Below, piece after piece: positions 40,033 through 52,359 of a DNA stretch of 64,000 bases (positions are counted from its first letter, which is position 1; every line of letters begins with the position of its first letter). The notes under the pieces are model-generated. The model did no database searches. It was not told the origin of the DNA and saw nothing but the letters and a program-made list of their open reading frames with translations. The DNA is taken from NCBI RefSeq assembly GCF_006345805.1, contig NC_043009.1:23622001-23686000 (forward strand), written 5' to 3'. The position numbers were made by a program, and so were the translations under genes. Source of the DNA: Octopus sinensis (taxonomy: Eukaryota).

Positions 40033-40280
40033 TTGATGATGGTACTGCTGCTGATGACGCTGCTGCTCTAGCTGATGATGATATGCCGCGATAACAATGA
40101 TGTAATTGCCAATAAGTGGTGGTGACGTATATGAAAGGGGGTAGAACAAGAAACAAGAACAAGAAACGGAGCCGAAGAAGAAGAAGAAGAAAAAGAAGAA
40201 GAAGAAGAAGAAGAAGAAGAAGAAGAAGAAGAAGAAGAAGAAGAAGAAGAAGAATGAGAAGAAGAAGAAGAAGAAGAATG

Positions 40281-40311
<31 letters not shown>

Positions 40312-40491
40312 GAAGAAGAAGAAGAAGAAGAAGGAGAAGAAGAAGGAGAAGAAGAAGAAGGAGAAGAGGAAGACAAAGAGAAGGAGGAGGAGGAGAAAGA
40401 CTATAAAGAAAGAGCCAAAGAAAGAAATACAGAATGAAATATATGAAAGACAAAATGAGAATAATTGACAAATGGTGTAGAAGTTAAAGAA

Positions 40492-40529
<38 letters not shown>

Positions 40530-40592
40530 AGAGGAAGAGGAGCGGAAGAGTAGGAGGAGGAACAGAAGAAGAAGATGATGATGATTTTAAAT
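39880..40592. repeat. Compound (GAT/GAC)n, (GAA)n and (GAG)n microsatellite block
   Basis: Directly visible; the source of the poly-R/F/S/L ORFs. Confidence 0.95.
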
Positions 40593-40619
40593 AAACGAAT
40601 AAATTAAGGAACAAATTGT

Positions 40620-41010
40620 ACGTAGCTTGCTTACGAACCACATGGTTCCAGGTTCAGTCCCACTGTGTGGCACCTTGGGCAAGTGTCTTCTACTATACCC
40701 TCGGGTCAACCAAAGCCTTGTGAGTGGATTTGGTAGATGGAAACTGAAAGAAGCCCGTCGTATATATGTGTATATATGTATATATATGTGTACGTATGTG
40801 TGTGTGTGTATATGTTTGCGTATCTGTGTTTGTTCCCCCAATATCGCTTGATAATCGATGCTGGTATGTTTACGGCCCTGTAACTTAGCGGTTCTGCCAA
40901 AGAGACCGATAGAATATGTACTAGAATAAGTCCTGAGGTCGATTCGCTCGACTAAAGGCGGTGCTCCAGCATGGCCGCAGTCACATGACTGAAATAAGTA
41001 AAAGAGTGTA
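40620..41010 (+). mobile_element. SINE family A, followed by a SINE B2 unit (to ~41200) and another SINE A (41365-41765)
   Basis: Family motifs as described above. Confidence 0.8.
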
Positions 41011-41183
41011 CCGGACAAAATGTTTAGCAGCATTTCGTTCGTCTTTACGTTCTGAGTTCAAATTCCGTCGAGGTCGACTTCACCTTTCATCCTTTCGAGG
41101 TCGATAAAATAAGTACTAGTTATACACTGGGATCGATTCACCCCTCCCCCCAAATTGCTGCCCTTGTGGCAAAATTTGAAACC

Positions 41184-41228
<45 letters not shown>

Positions 41229-42384
41229 GGTGGTGGCTCGTAGTCTTTGTAGCGATAGAGAAGAGTAAAAAAAAAGAAATAAAAAATCATTGAAACGAAT
41301 GACCAAAGAAAAAGAAAGAAGTGTGGAATTAAGAAATAGATATTGAAAAAGAAAAGACTTCTGGTAAGAAGCTTGCTTCTCAATCATATGGTTCCGGGTT
41401 CACTTCCACTGCGTGGCACCTTGGGCAACTGTCTTCTACTATAGCTTCGGGCCGACCAAAGCCTTGTGAGTAGAGTTGGTAGACAGAAACTGAAAGAAGC
41501 CCGTCGTATATACGTACACACACACACACATGTCTGTGTTTGTCTCTCGCCACCGCTTGACAACCGGTGTTGGTGTGTTTACGTCCGCGTGTTATAGCGG
41601 TTCGGCGAGAAAGATCGATAGAATAAGAATCAGACTTAAGAAAAAAAAAGAAAAGAAAATTAGTGGTGGGGGTCGATTCATTCAACTAAAAACATTCCTC
41701 AAGGTGGTGCTCCAGCATTGCCACAGTCAAATGACTGAAGCAAGTGAAAGGATAAAAGAATGAAAACAAGCAAATAAATAAGGAGACAGGCAGAAAGGGT
41801 GGTGGTTAGGTGGGGAGAAATAAATAAATAAAAAAAAGAACGGAAGAAAAGAGAGTGCGCGCGCGCGTGTCTGTGTGTGGGGGAAGAGCTTAGGGGTGGG
41901 GTAAGGAGACACAAAATTCCAGTCTGAAAGCGGAATTTGATTCCTGAAAGAAGACCACAATGATGTGAGCGAAGAGTAAACATGTTGGTTGGCTTAGATT
42001 TTTATAAGTAACCCTATTCTCAGCTTGATGATGTATGCAGGTATGTGTGTATGTATTTATGTGTGTATGTATGCATGTGCGTGTATATATGTATGTATGT
42101 GTGTATGTGTGTATGTGTGTGTATGTATATATGTATGTATATGTGTATGTATGTATGTGCATGTATGTATGTATCTATATATGTTTGTATGTCTGTATGT
42201 ATGTATATATGAGTGTATATATGAATGTATGTATTTATATATGAATGTATGTATTTATGTATGTATGTACGGGTGTACATGTGTGCGTGTGTGTCTGTCT
42301 GTATGCATGTATGTGGGACGGTTTGTATGTCTGTGTATGCGTGAATAAATGTATGTATGCGTACATATATATATATAATATATA

Positions 42385-42453
<69 letters not shown>

Positions 42454-43094
42454 TAATATATATAATATATATATGCATGTATGTATGCATGTGTGTTGTG
42501 TTTCCATGGAGCTGCATCTGAGAGAACCTGCAGGTCACATTTAATTCCCAGACTTATTGTTCTCTCTCGTTTTAAATTCTTACATTGTCAATGCTCTTGG
42601 CGAAGACATGAACATCATAGTAACTGCTGGGCCAATCCACCCCACCCCGCCCCCATCCACCGACATTCAATCTTTCTCTGTCTGTATGTCTGTCTCTCTG
42701 TCTGTCTCTGTCTGTCGTTCTCTTTTCATCGGTCTTTGTCTCTGGGTCAAAATTAACGATTTACTTGCTGGTCATCACGAAATGACTAGAACTTAAGCAT
42801 ATTCATGGTTGTATAGACTGGAAGAAGAAATAGAGTTGTTTGTGTTTGCGTGTTTCCCCCCACCCCACTCTCCCCCGACCCCCAACTCTCCTCCCCTCTC
42901 TCTATGTGAGTGTGTGTAGCGCCTGGTGTTATTTTTCAAATTTCTCAGCAACGGATACAACCAAGAAAGAAGGCTTTCTCACTAGAATCTAGACAACAAT
43001 TGTCATGTAGTTATTATGTATGTATGTACATATATATATATGCATGCATGCACAGCCATCTACACACACACATGTATATACACACATATATCAT

Positions 43095-43455
43095 ATTACT
43101 CTTTTACTCTTTTACTCTTTTACTTGTTTCAGTCATTTGACTGCGGCCATGCTGGAGCACCACCTTTTAGTACTTATTCTATCGTCTCTTTTTGCCGAAC
43201 CGAACCTAAGTGACGGGGACGTAAACGCACCAGCATCGGTTGTCAAGCAATGCTAGGGGGACAAACACAAACACACACACATATACATATATATACATAT
43301 ACGACAGGCTTCTTTCAGTTTCCGTCTACCAAATCCACTCACAAGGCATTGGTCGGCCCGGGGCTATAGCAAACACTTGCCCAAGATGCCACGCAGTGGG
43401 ACTGAACCCGCAACCGTGTGGTTGGTTAGCAAGCTACTTACCACACAGCCACTCC
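43095..43455 (-). mobile_element. SINE family A
   Basis: Reverse-complement copy with (CTTTTACT)n tail. Confidence 0.85.
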
Positions 43456-43464
43456 TGATATATA

Positions 43465-43508
<44 letters not shown>

Positions 43509-43573
43509 TATATACACATATGCATGTATATGTTTATATAGCTGTATACGTATATATATGTACGTATTATATA

Positions 43574-43630
<57 letters not shown>

Positions 43631-43786
43631 ATATATGGTGGCCTTCCTCGTTACGACGACGAGAGTAAGTTGATCCAATCAACGGAACACCCTACTCGTG
43701 AAATTACGTGCAAGTGGCTGAGCACTCTACAGACAGGAAACTATGTGGTTGGCAAGCAAGCTACTTTCCACACCACCACTCCTGCG

Positions 43787-43824
<38 letters not shown>

Positions 43825-43860
43825 ACAACAACAACAACAATAATAATAATAATGGTAATG

Positions 43861-44170
43861 TTTTCTTTATTGGTCACTAATTCCTAACACAAAACAAAGA
43901 GGGACAATACCAAACAAGGATCAAGTGGGGTTTAGCTCAAAAATACGTGTATACAATAAAAACAATAACAATTAACAACAACCGTTCAACAACAAAATTT
44001 CCCCAGTTGAGGGAGTTCCACCCAGAGCCAACCAAAGAGCCCCACACATCCTGGTCACCTGCAGGCATTTCTCTCCTTCTCAACCCCTCCGGCTTACAAA
44101 CGTACGTAAGCGCATGTGGCCATCCTCACCACATTCACCCCACTTTTAATAAAATTACTGGGATGGGTGG
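43861..44170 (-). mobile_element. Possible L1/Tx1-like LINE 3' end
   Basis: Minus strand ...aagtggggtgaatgtggtgaggatggcc... then a T-rich UTR ending tccttgtttgg...caataaagaaaa. Recognised from memory only. Confidence 0.3.
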
Positions 44171-44668
44171 GTTCTGTGGCAACACTTCTTTGAAAAAGTC
44201 GTTATGGGCTTGGTCAAAAAGGAAAGTATCTGTTTTCAGTCCTTAAAATTGACAAGACGATTTCATATTTTTCCATAGAGGAGAACATTATATCAACTGC
44301 AAGATTTCATTGCTACACAAATCCGGCAGAGCGATTGTAAATATCTCTCAAGAAACAAATCTATCGCTTGAAATAGGTGAAGTTAAACGTCTTCATTGAG
44401 TAACTAACGGATGCTTAAGATATAACTGCGGTTAGAATTGCATGACAAAAGACAGGATTGGTTATTTTCAAAAGACGAAATAATTTCAAAAAATAAAAAT
44501 AAAAACACAAATGGATATTTGCAGGCATACACATGTACATACAGACATTTTGGCAAATATGTAAATATTTACATACATATATCTATGTATATATGTTGTT
44601 GTATGTATGTATGTATGTAGTATGTATGTATGTATGTATGTATGTATGTATGTATGTATGTATGTATG

Positions 44669-44714
<46 letters not shown>

Positions 44715-44974
44715 ATATATATATATATATATATTACATATACATATACTTATATACACATATATATATATATATTTATATATATATATATATTTATATA
44801 TATATACATATATTCTCATACATACGGACGTGTGTATACATACATACATACATACATGCATAAATACGTACGTACACCCGTACACACTGACATTTATATA
44901 TTCATGTATGGTCTCTTGACACGCAAAAAACATAAAGATGCAAAAATATTTCAGACTCACGTACACACACATGC

Positions 44975-45008
<34 letters not shown>

Positions 45009-45711
45009 TGACACACACGTACATAAATACTAATTCATCCGTCCACACATACTCTCAATATTTCTCACAAATTTCCATTTTCAACTTTTACACGAACTCA
45101 TAAACTAACGTATTATGTTCAAACTCAGACATGTAAAAAATATAGCGAAAACGAAATAAATTTAAAATGGCCGACCCAGACGATATTTTGCATCAGCGGC
45201 GTTTATAATATAAATATATGGAACAGAAGCGAGACCAACAGTGCAATGATGTTTTCTATAGCATTTTTTTTCTGACTTTGTTCGTTAGTTTATTTTATTT
45301 CTCAGTTGGGGTGGGTTCATATTCGTTTTATTTTAACACTAATTTGATTTTTCTCTCATTTTCTCTCGACCACACATACACACGCATGCGCACATACAAG
45401 CACAAACCTATTCAAATACAAAGATACCCACAAGCATATAAGATATGACATGTACACAGATTCATAAAAGTTATTTATCATTCAACGTACATTTCTTTAC
45501 CGCAAATAATATATCGTGGAAATTGCATAAACTACATATGTTATGGTGCTGGATATTGTGGTGGCGTTGGTGTTGGTGGTGGTGGGTAGCTAGTTTTTAT
45601 TTTATCATAAATAGAAGCACGTGCCATAAACATAAAAAAATGGTTTGCTGTATTCAGGCGCTCTATGTTTATCTACACACACACACACACACACAAACAC
45701 TCACTCACACA

Positions 45712-45777
<66 letters not shown>

Positions 45778-45838
45778 TGTGTGCATGTGATTCAAAAGAA
45801 GACGAGCAAGACATAGAAAGATTTTTTCAAGTCTTATT

Positions 45839-45880
<42 letters not shown>

Positions 45881-46058
45881 TATACCGGAGTAAACACATA
45901 AATGTGAAACGAGGAGGAAAAAAGAGTACTCAAATACCAGAGGTAGAGTAATATACTGTATTTAAAAGCAGCAGAAATTTAACAAAAGCTGTTACTCGGA
46001 GTTTCACGTTCTCGTTCGTCGGACAGTTTTGTTAACAACACTGCTGCTTTTAAATAAA

Positions 46059-46152
<94 letters not shown>

Positions 46153-46189
46153 CATATATATACTATATATATATATATATATATAATTG

Positions 46190-46410
46190 AATAAGGGTAG
46201 AAATTGATTTTAATCAATTAAACCAGTGGCCTAGCATTTAAAATAAAATCCGAAGATTAAAATATTTTTCACATACAAAATTTAAGGGACTGAACAATAA
46301 AAGTGGACTGTCAATATGCTAGTTATAGACGTCAAAAGCGATTTTGACGTCCATATCTAGCATATTGACTGTCCACTTTTAGTGGTAAGTCCTTTAAATT
46401 TTTTATATAT
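46190..46410. repeat. (TA)n-flanked element containing an ~82-nt hairpin (46299-46380)
   Basis: aaagtggactgtcaatatgctag...gacgtcaaaa-gcga-ttttgacgtc...ctagcatattgactgtccacttt. A related inverted copy lies at about 53630-53780. Confidence 0.7.
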
Positions 46411-46419
46411 ATATATATT

Positions 46420-46570
46420 TCTTTATTGCCAAACATAGAGGGGCCAAACATAGAGGTGACAAACAAGGACAGACAAATGAATTAAGTCGATTACATCGAC
46501 CCCAGTGCGTATCTGGTACTTAATTTATCGACCCCGAAAGGATGAAAGGCAAAGTCGACCTGGGCGGAAC
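46420..46570 (-). mobile_element. SINE B fragment
   Basis: B1 tail and body. Confidence 0.8.
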
Positions 46571-47002
46571 GGGACTGTTAGCTTTCGTTGAACAACTGAT
46601 GTCAGTGATGGGAAGGGTACACCTATCGGCTGAGTCTATCATCGAGATCGTGCCACCCCCTTCCCTTAGCAGGGAAAGGAAGGCCTGTTTTTTCTACCAT
46701 ACTGAAAGAAACCGTATGGAAGACACGTGTGAAAGGCATAGTGACAGGTACCTTAGTTATATATATATTGGAGCCTGCAATGCCGAATGGGTCCAATGGC
46801 TGACACACACTGCTACCCAAGGTGTACAAAAGGACATGCTGGACATCACATTGGTAGACAGGGGGGGGGGGCGCCTCCGTGACCAAGCTTGTGGATGAGT
46901 AAGCCTGCTTTTGAAGAACACACACGCACACACACATACAACACGCACACACACATACACGCACACAGACACACCACACACACACACACACACATACACA
47001 CG

Positions 47003-47185
47003 CAGAAGGAAATGGCGAACTTCTGCTGACTACTTCGCCACAGCTTTCTCTCACTTTTTCCTCCTGCATCTTGCGGCTCAACTGCGACGGACCGGCGTCC
47101 CGTCCAGGTGGGGAACCTATACGCCAAGGAAACCGGGAAACCGGCCCTAATGAGGCAGGTATGGCCCGAGAAGGAACAAAAAAAA
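47003..47185 (+). mobile_element. SINE family C 3' part
   Basis: Matches 60357-60540. Confidence 0.75.
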
Positions 47186-47364
47186 AACATACACAGACAC
47201 ATGCACACACATATATATCGCTTAGGCATTGTAAGACTAATAACTTGGTGTAGAACTCAATATACTCAATATACATATGTTTCAGAATGAAGTGCAAGCT
47301 GAGTATAGAGCGATAATAAGAAAATGAAACGACAAAGGAATAAACAATTATTTAATGAAATTCA

Positions 47365-47554
47365 TTACGCAGGAGTGGCTGTGTGGTAAGTAGCTTGCTT
47401 ACCAATCACATGGTTCCGGGTTCAGTCCCACTGCGTGACACCTTGGGCAAATGTCTTCTACTACAGCCTCGAGCCGACCAAAGCCTTGTGAGTGGATTTG
47501 GTAGACGGAAACTGAAAGATGCCCGTCGTATATATGTATATGTTATATGTATAG

Positions 47555-47652
<98 letters not shown>

Positions 47653-47845
47653 TGTGTCTGTGTTTGTTCCCCTAACATCGCTTGACAACTGATGCTGGTG
47701 TGTTTACGTCCCCGTAACCTAGCAGTTCGGCAAAAGAGACCGATAGAATAAGTACTAGACTTACAAAGAATAAGTCCTGGGGGTCGATTTGTTCGACGAA
47801 AGGCGGTGCCCCAGCATGGCCGCAGTTAAATGACTGAAACAAGTA
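47365..47845 (+). mobile_element. SINE family A, near full length with expanded microsatellite
   Basis: Head, body and tail present. Confidence 0.9.
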
Positions 47846-48665
47846 TAGTACAGCTGTTTCTGCTATCAGATGCTGCGGACTCATAGTTGAGTGCCGGAAT
47901 AACACCTTATAGCTTCACCGGAGCTTTGATTATGAAGTGCAATTTATTTGGGAAAGAATTACATTTGCGCATATACAAGAAACGGCATCAGCGATGAGAA
48001 AGTCAATACAGATGTATATAAAAAGAGATTGTATATCCAGAAGGTAATAACATGTATCAGTGGAAGTAAGTGTATATACTCGTACGCACGCACTCTGAGA
48101 CTGTTGCTGGGTGGGGACTGACTTGTGGTCAGTGTGGACTGACTTGTAGGTCCCCCTTGCAGGCCTTAGGAGCTGTGCGAGACGTCATCAACAATGGGGA
48201 GACCAAACTTGAGCTGTTTCTAAGGGCGAAATAGGACTAGTAAATGGTCTTACTCGGTCACGAGTTGACTTCGACCACGTATCACAATAAAACTCAAGAA
48301 CACGAGAAATCCAAACATAACGCTTTACGAAATGAAAATAACTGTAGAGCGAATAATAGTATTTTACAAGTTCAATGTAGCGAACGAAACATGCTTTCGT
48401 AAATTTATAGAAAACTTTTCTAAAACAGAATATTCTGTTTTGGAGGAGCCATTCATGATTTAACGGAAGCGAAGTTTGTGTGTGTGTGTGTGTGTCCGTC
48501 CGTTTGAGTGTCTGTATATGTATATATATACACATATATATTGTATATACACATATACACATACATGCATATATATACACGTATATATACGAATTTATGT
48601 ACACATACTCATTATATATACTCATACATATATATATTAATATATATAGATAATATATATAATAT

Positions 48666-48710
<45 letters not shown>

Positions 48711-48835
48711 ATATATAATATAATATATATATTTAGTATATATAATATAATATTATGTATTATTTATATGTTAATTATTATATATCCATGCATATAGATA
48801 TATACATATATATATATGTATATATATAATATATT

Positions 48836-48866
<31 letters not shown>

Positions 48867-49109
48867 GTATATATATATATGTATATATATAATATATGTG
48901 TATATATATATATATATGTGTATATATATATTATATATGTATATATATATATAATATATATATAATTTATATATAGAGGGCATTATAAATACCTGCCAGA
49001 AGGCATTATACATACATGCCAAACGCTAAGAGGGACAATCAGTCATTTCTACCAAAAATATACTAATCCCACCGAATGCAATTTTTCAAAGTAAGACATT
49101 TAAAAATAT

Positions 49110-49157
49110 AGACCTGTATCACAGTGATTTCATACTTACGTAATCATCAGCAGGCCT
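49110..49157 (-). ncRNA. Type I hammerhead ribozyme motif, unit 1
   Basis: AGGCCUG-CUGAUGA-U-UAC-GUAA-GUA-U-GAAA-UCAC-U-GUGA-UA-CAGGUCU: 7-bp stem I, intact core nucleotides, AUA triplet, U.U at 10.1/11.1. Confidence 0.7.
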
Positions 49158-49583
49158 GAATGTATTATAAATAACAACGACCCTGCCCCGTTTAAGCCGA
49201 TCAGCTAACTGATCAACATCAACGAAGCACATGGGTGAGTTTACATATATTACATCCGGGTAAATGGCAAACTTTTACGAATTGCATTTCGGGAGAGGAA
49301 AGTTTTTTCGGAATAAAAATTTAGCAATTAAGGACACTACTTAATAAGAAAACTTAACAAGAAATTGTCAGGTAGATAGCGTAAAAACCTCATAAGAGAA
49401 AAAAATTCGAAAATAATTATTTCTTATTGAAAATATTAATTTATATATAGAGGGCATTATAAATACATGCCAGAAGGCATTATACATACATGCAAACGCT
49501 AAGAGGGACAATCAGTCATTTCTACCAAAAATATTACTAATCCCACCGAATGCAATTTTTCAAAGTAAGACATTAAAAAATAT

Positions 49584-49631
49584 AGACCTGTATCACAGTG
49601 ATTTCATACTTACGTAATCATCAGCAGGCCT
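49584..49631 (-). ncRNA. Type I hammerhead ribozyme motif, unit 2
   Basis: Identical to unit 1. Confidence 0.7.
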
Positions 49632-50061
49632 GAATGTATTATAAATAAACAACGACCTGCCCCGTTTAAACCGATCAGCTAACTGATCAACATCAACGAA
49701 GCACATGGTGAGTTTACGTATATTACATCCGGGTAAATGGCAAACTTTTACGAATTGCATTTCGGGAGAGGAAAAGTTTTTTCGGAAATAAAATTTAGCA
49801 ATTAAGGACAACTACTTAATAAGGAAAACTTAACAAGAAATTGTCAGGTAGATAGCGTAAAAACCTCATAAGAGAAAAAATTTCGAAAATAATTATTTCT
49901 TATTGAACATATTAATTTATATATAGAGGGCATTATAAATAAATGCCAGAAGGCATTATACATACATGCCAAACGCTAAGAGGGACAATCAGTCATTTCT
50001 TACCCAAAAATATTACTAATCCCACCGAATGCAATTTTTTCAAAGTAAGACATTAAAATAT

Positions 50062-50108
50062 AGACCTGTATCACAGTGATTTCATACTTACGTAATCATC
50101 AGCAGGCT
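50062..50108 (-). ncRNA. Type I hammerhead ribozyme motif, unit 3 (1-nt deletion in stem I)
   Basis: Core intact; caggct replaces caggcct. Confidence 0.6.
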
Positions 50109-50535
50109 GAATGTATTATAAATAAACAACGACCCTGCCCCGTTTAAGCCGATCAGCTAACTGATCAACATCAACGAAGCACATGGGTGAGTTTACATAT
50201 ATTACATCCGGGTAAATGGCAAACTTTTACGAATTGCATTTGGAGAGGAAAAGTTTTTTCGGAATAAAAATTTAGCAATTAAGGACAACTACTTAATAAG
50301 GAAAACTTAACAAGAAATTGTCAGGTCGATAGCGTAAAAACCTCATAAGAGAAAAATTTCGAAAATAATTATTCTTATTGAACATATTAATTTATATATA
50401 GAGGGCATTATAAATACATGCCAGAAGGCATTATACATACATGCAAACGCTAAGAGGGACAATCAGTCATTTCTTACCAAAAATATTACTAATCCCACCG
50501 AATGCAATTTTTCAAAGTAAGACATTTAAAAATAT

Positions 50536-50583
50536 AGACCTGTATCACAGTGATTTCATACTTACGTAATCATCAGCAGGCCT
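50536..50583 (-). ncRNA. Type I hammerhead ribozyme motif, unit 4
   Basis: Identical to unit 1. Confidence 0.7.
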
Positions 50584-51003
50584 GAATGTATATAAATAAA
50601 CAACGACCCTGCCCCGTTTAAACCGATCAGCTAACTGATCAACATCAACGAAGCACATGGGTGAGTTTACGTATATTTACATCCGGGTAAATGGCAAACT
50701 TTTACGAATGCATTTCGGGAGAGGAAAAGTTTTTCGGAATAAAATTTAGCAATTAAGGACACACTACTTATAAGGAAAACTTAACAAGAAATGTCAGGTA
50801 GATAGCGTAAAAACCTCATAAGAGAAAAAATCGAAAATAATTATTTCTTATTGAAATATTAATTTATATATAGAGGGCATTATAAATACATGCCAGAAGG
50901 CATTAACATACATGCCAAACGCTAAGAGGGACATCAGTCATTTCTACCAAAAATATTACTATCCCACCGAATGCAATTTTCAAAGTAAGACATTTAAAAA
51001 TAT

Positions 51004-51051
51004 AGACCTGTATCACAGTGATTTCATACTTACGTAATCATCAGCAGGCCT
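51004..51051 (-). ncRNA. Type I hammerhead ribozyme motif, unit 5
   Basis: Identical to unit 1. Confidence 0.7.
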
Positions 51052-51499
51052 GAATGTATTATAAATAAACAACGACCCTGCCCCGTTTAAGCCGATCAGC
51101 TAACTGATCAACATCAACGAAGCACATGGGTGAGTTTACATATATTAATCCGGGTAAATGGCAAACTTTACGATTTGCATTTCGGGAGAGGAAAAGTTTT
51201 TCGGAATAAAAATTTAGCAATTAAGGACAACTACTTATAAGGAAAACTTAACAAGAAATTGTCAGGTAGATAGCGTAAAAACCTCATAAGAAAAAATTTC
51301 GAAAATAATTATTTCTTATTGAACATATTAATTTATATATAGAGGGCATTATAAATACATGCCAGAAGATGCAATTCGTAAAAGTTTGCCATTTACCCGG
51401 ATGTAATATATGTAAACTCACCCATGTGCTTCGTTGATGTTGATCAGTTAGCTGATCGGCTTAAACGGGGCAGGGTCGTTGTTTATTTATAATACATTC

Positions 51500-51547
51500 A
51501 GGCCTGCTGATGATTACGTAAGTATGAAATCACTGTGATACAGGTCT
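51500..51547 (+). ncRNA. Type I hammerhead ribozyme motif in the inverted unit
   Basis: aggcctg ctgatga ttacgtaagtat gaaa tcactgtgata caggtct, read directly on the + strand. Confidence 0.7.
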
Positions 51548-51811
51548 ATATTTTTAAATGTCTTACTTTGAAAAATTGCATTCGGTGGGATTAGTAATAT
51601 TTTTGGTAGAAATGACTGATTGCCTCTTAGCGTTTGGCATGTATGTATAATGCCTTCTGGCATTGTATTTATAATGCCCTCTATATATAAATTAATATGT
51701 TCAATAAGAAATAATTATTTTCGAAATTTTTTCTCTTATGAGGTTTTTACGCTATCTACCTGACAATTTCTTGTTAAGTTTCCTTATTAAGTAGTTGTCC
51801 TTAATTGCTAA

Positions 51812-51850
<39 letters not shown>

Positions 51851-51859
51851 TATATATAT

Positions 51860-52047
51860 TGTATGTATGTATAGAGTGTTAGGTGTGTATGTATGTATGT
51901 ATGTATGTATGTATAGAGTGTTAGGTGTGTATGTATGTATGTATGTATAGAGTGTTAGGTGTGATGTACAGAAATTGAATATTGAGAAAAAATGCCCTCA
52001 GAATTTTTGGATTTTGGATTTCCAAAATTATGACGACTTTGACATAC

Positions 52048-52078
<31 letters not shown>

Positions 52079-52108
52079 ATATATATATAATATATATATA
52101 TAGTAGAA

Positions 52109-52146
<38 letters not shown>

Positions 52147-52326
52147 GTATAAAGTCGTCAATAATTTTGGAAAATCCCAAATCACAAATTCTGACGGCAT
52201 TTTTTCTCAATATTCAATTTCTGTACATCACACCTAACACTCTATACATACATACATACATACATACACACCTAACACTCTATACATACATACATACATA
52301 CATACATACATACATACATACATACA

Positions 52327-52357
<31 letters not shown>
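51860..52357. repeat. ~500-bp palindrome centred on a (TA)n tract
   Basis: About 51860-52048 is inverted against 52143-52357, including the unique segment gatgtacagaaattgaatattgagaaaaaatgcc. Confidence 0.85.

Positions 52358-52359
<2 letters not shown>

Larger units (their letters stand above)
48970..51816. repeat. Tandem array of ~474-bp units (five direct, a stub and one inverted unit); candidate retrozyme-like element
   Basis: gagggcatta unit starts at 48976, 49450, 49926, 50401, 50873 and 51342. The strand switches at 51368/51369. Both ends abut (TA)n tracts. Confidence 0.9.

Noticed and set aside
46570-46720. Possible Tx1-like ORF2 fragment (RVHLSAESIIEIVPPPSLSRERKACFF)
   Set aside because: Only a vague recollection of similarity; too short to support without a search.
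48188-48480. Possible exon within the 174-aa minus-strand ORF
   Set aside because: No recognisable domain, and the ORF length comes from the adjacent microsatellite.
49593-49811. 72-aa ORF in the array unit
   Set aside because: Open in only one unit because of indels, and it resembles no known protein.
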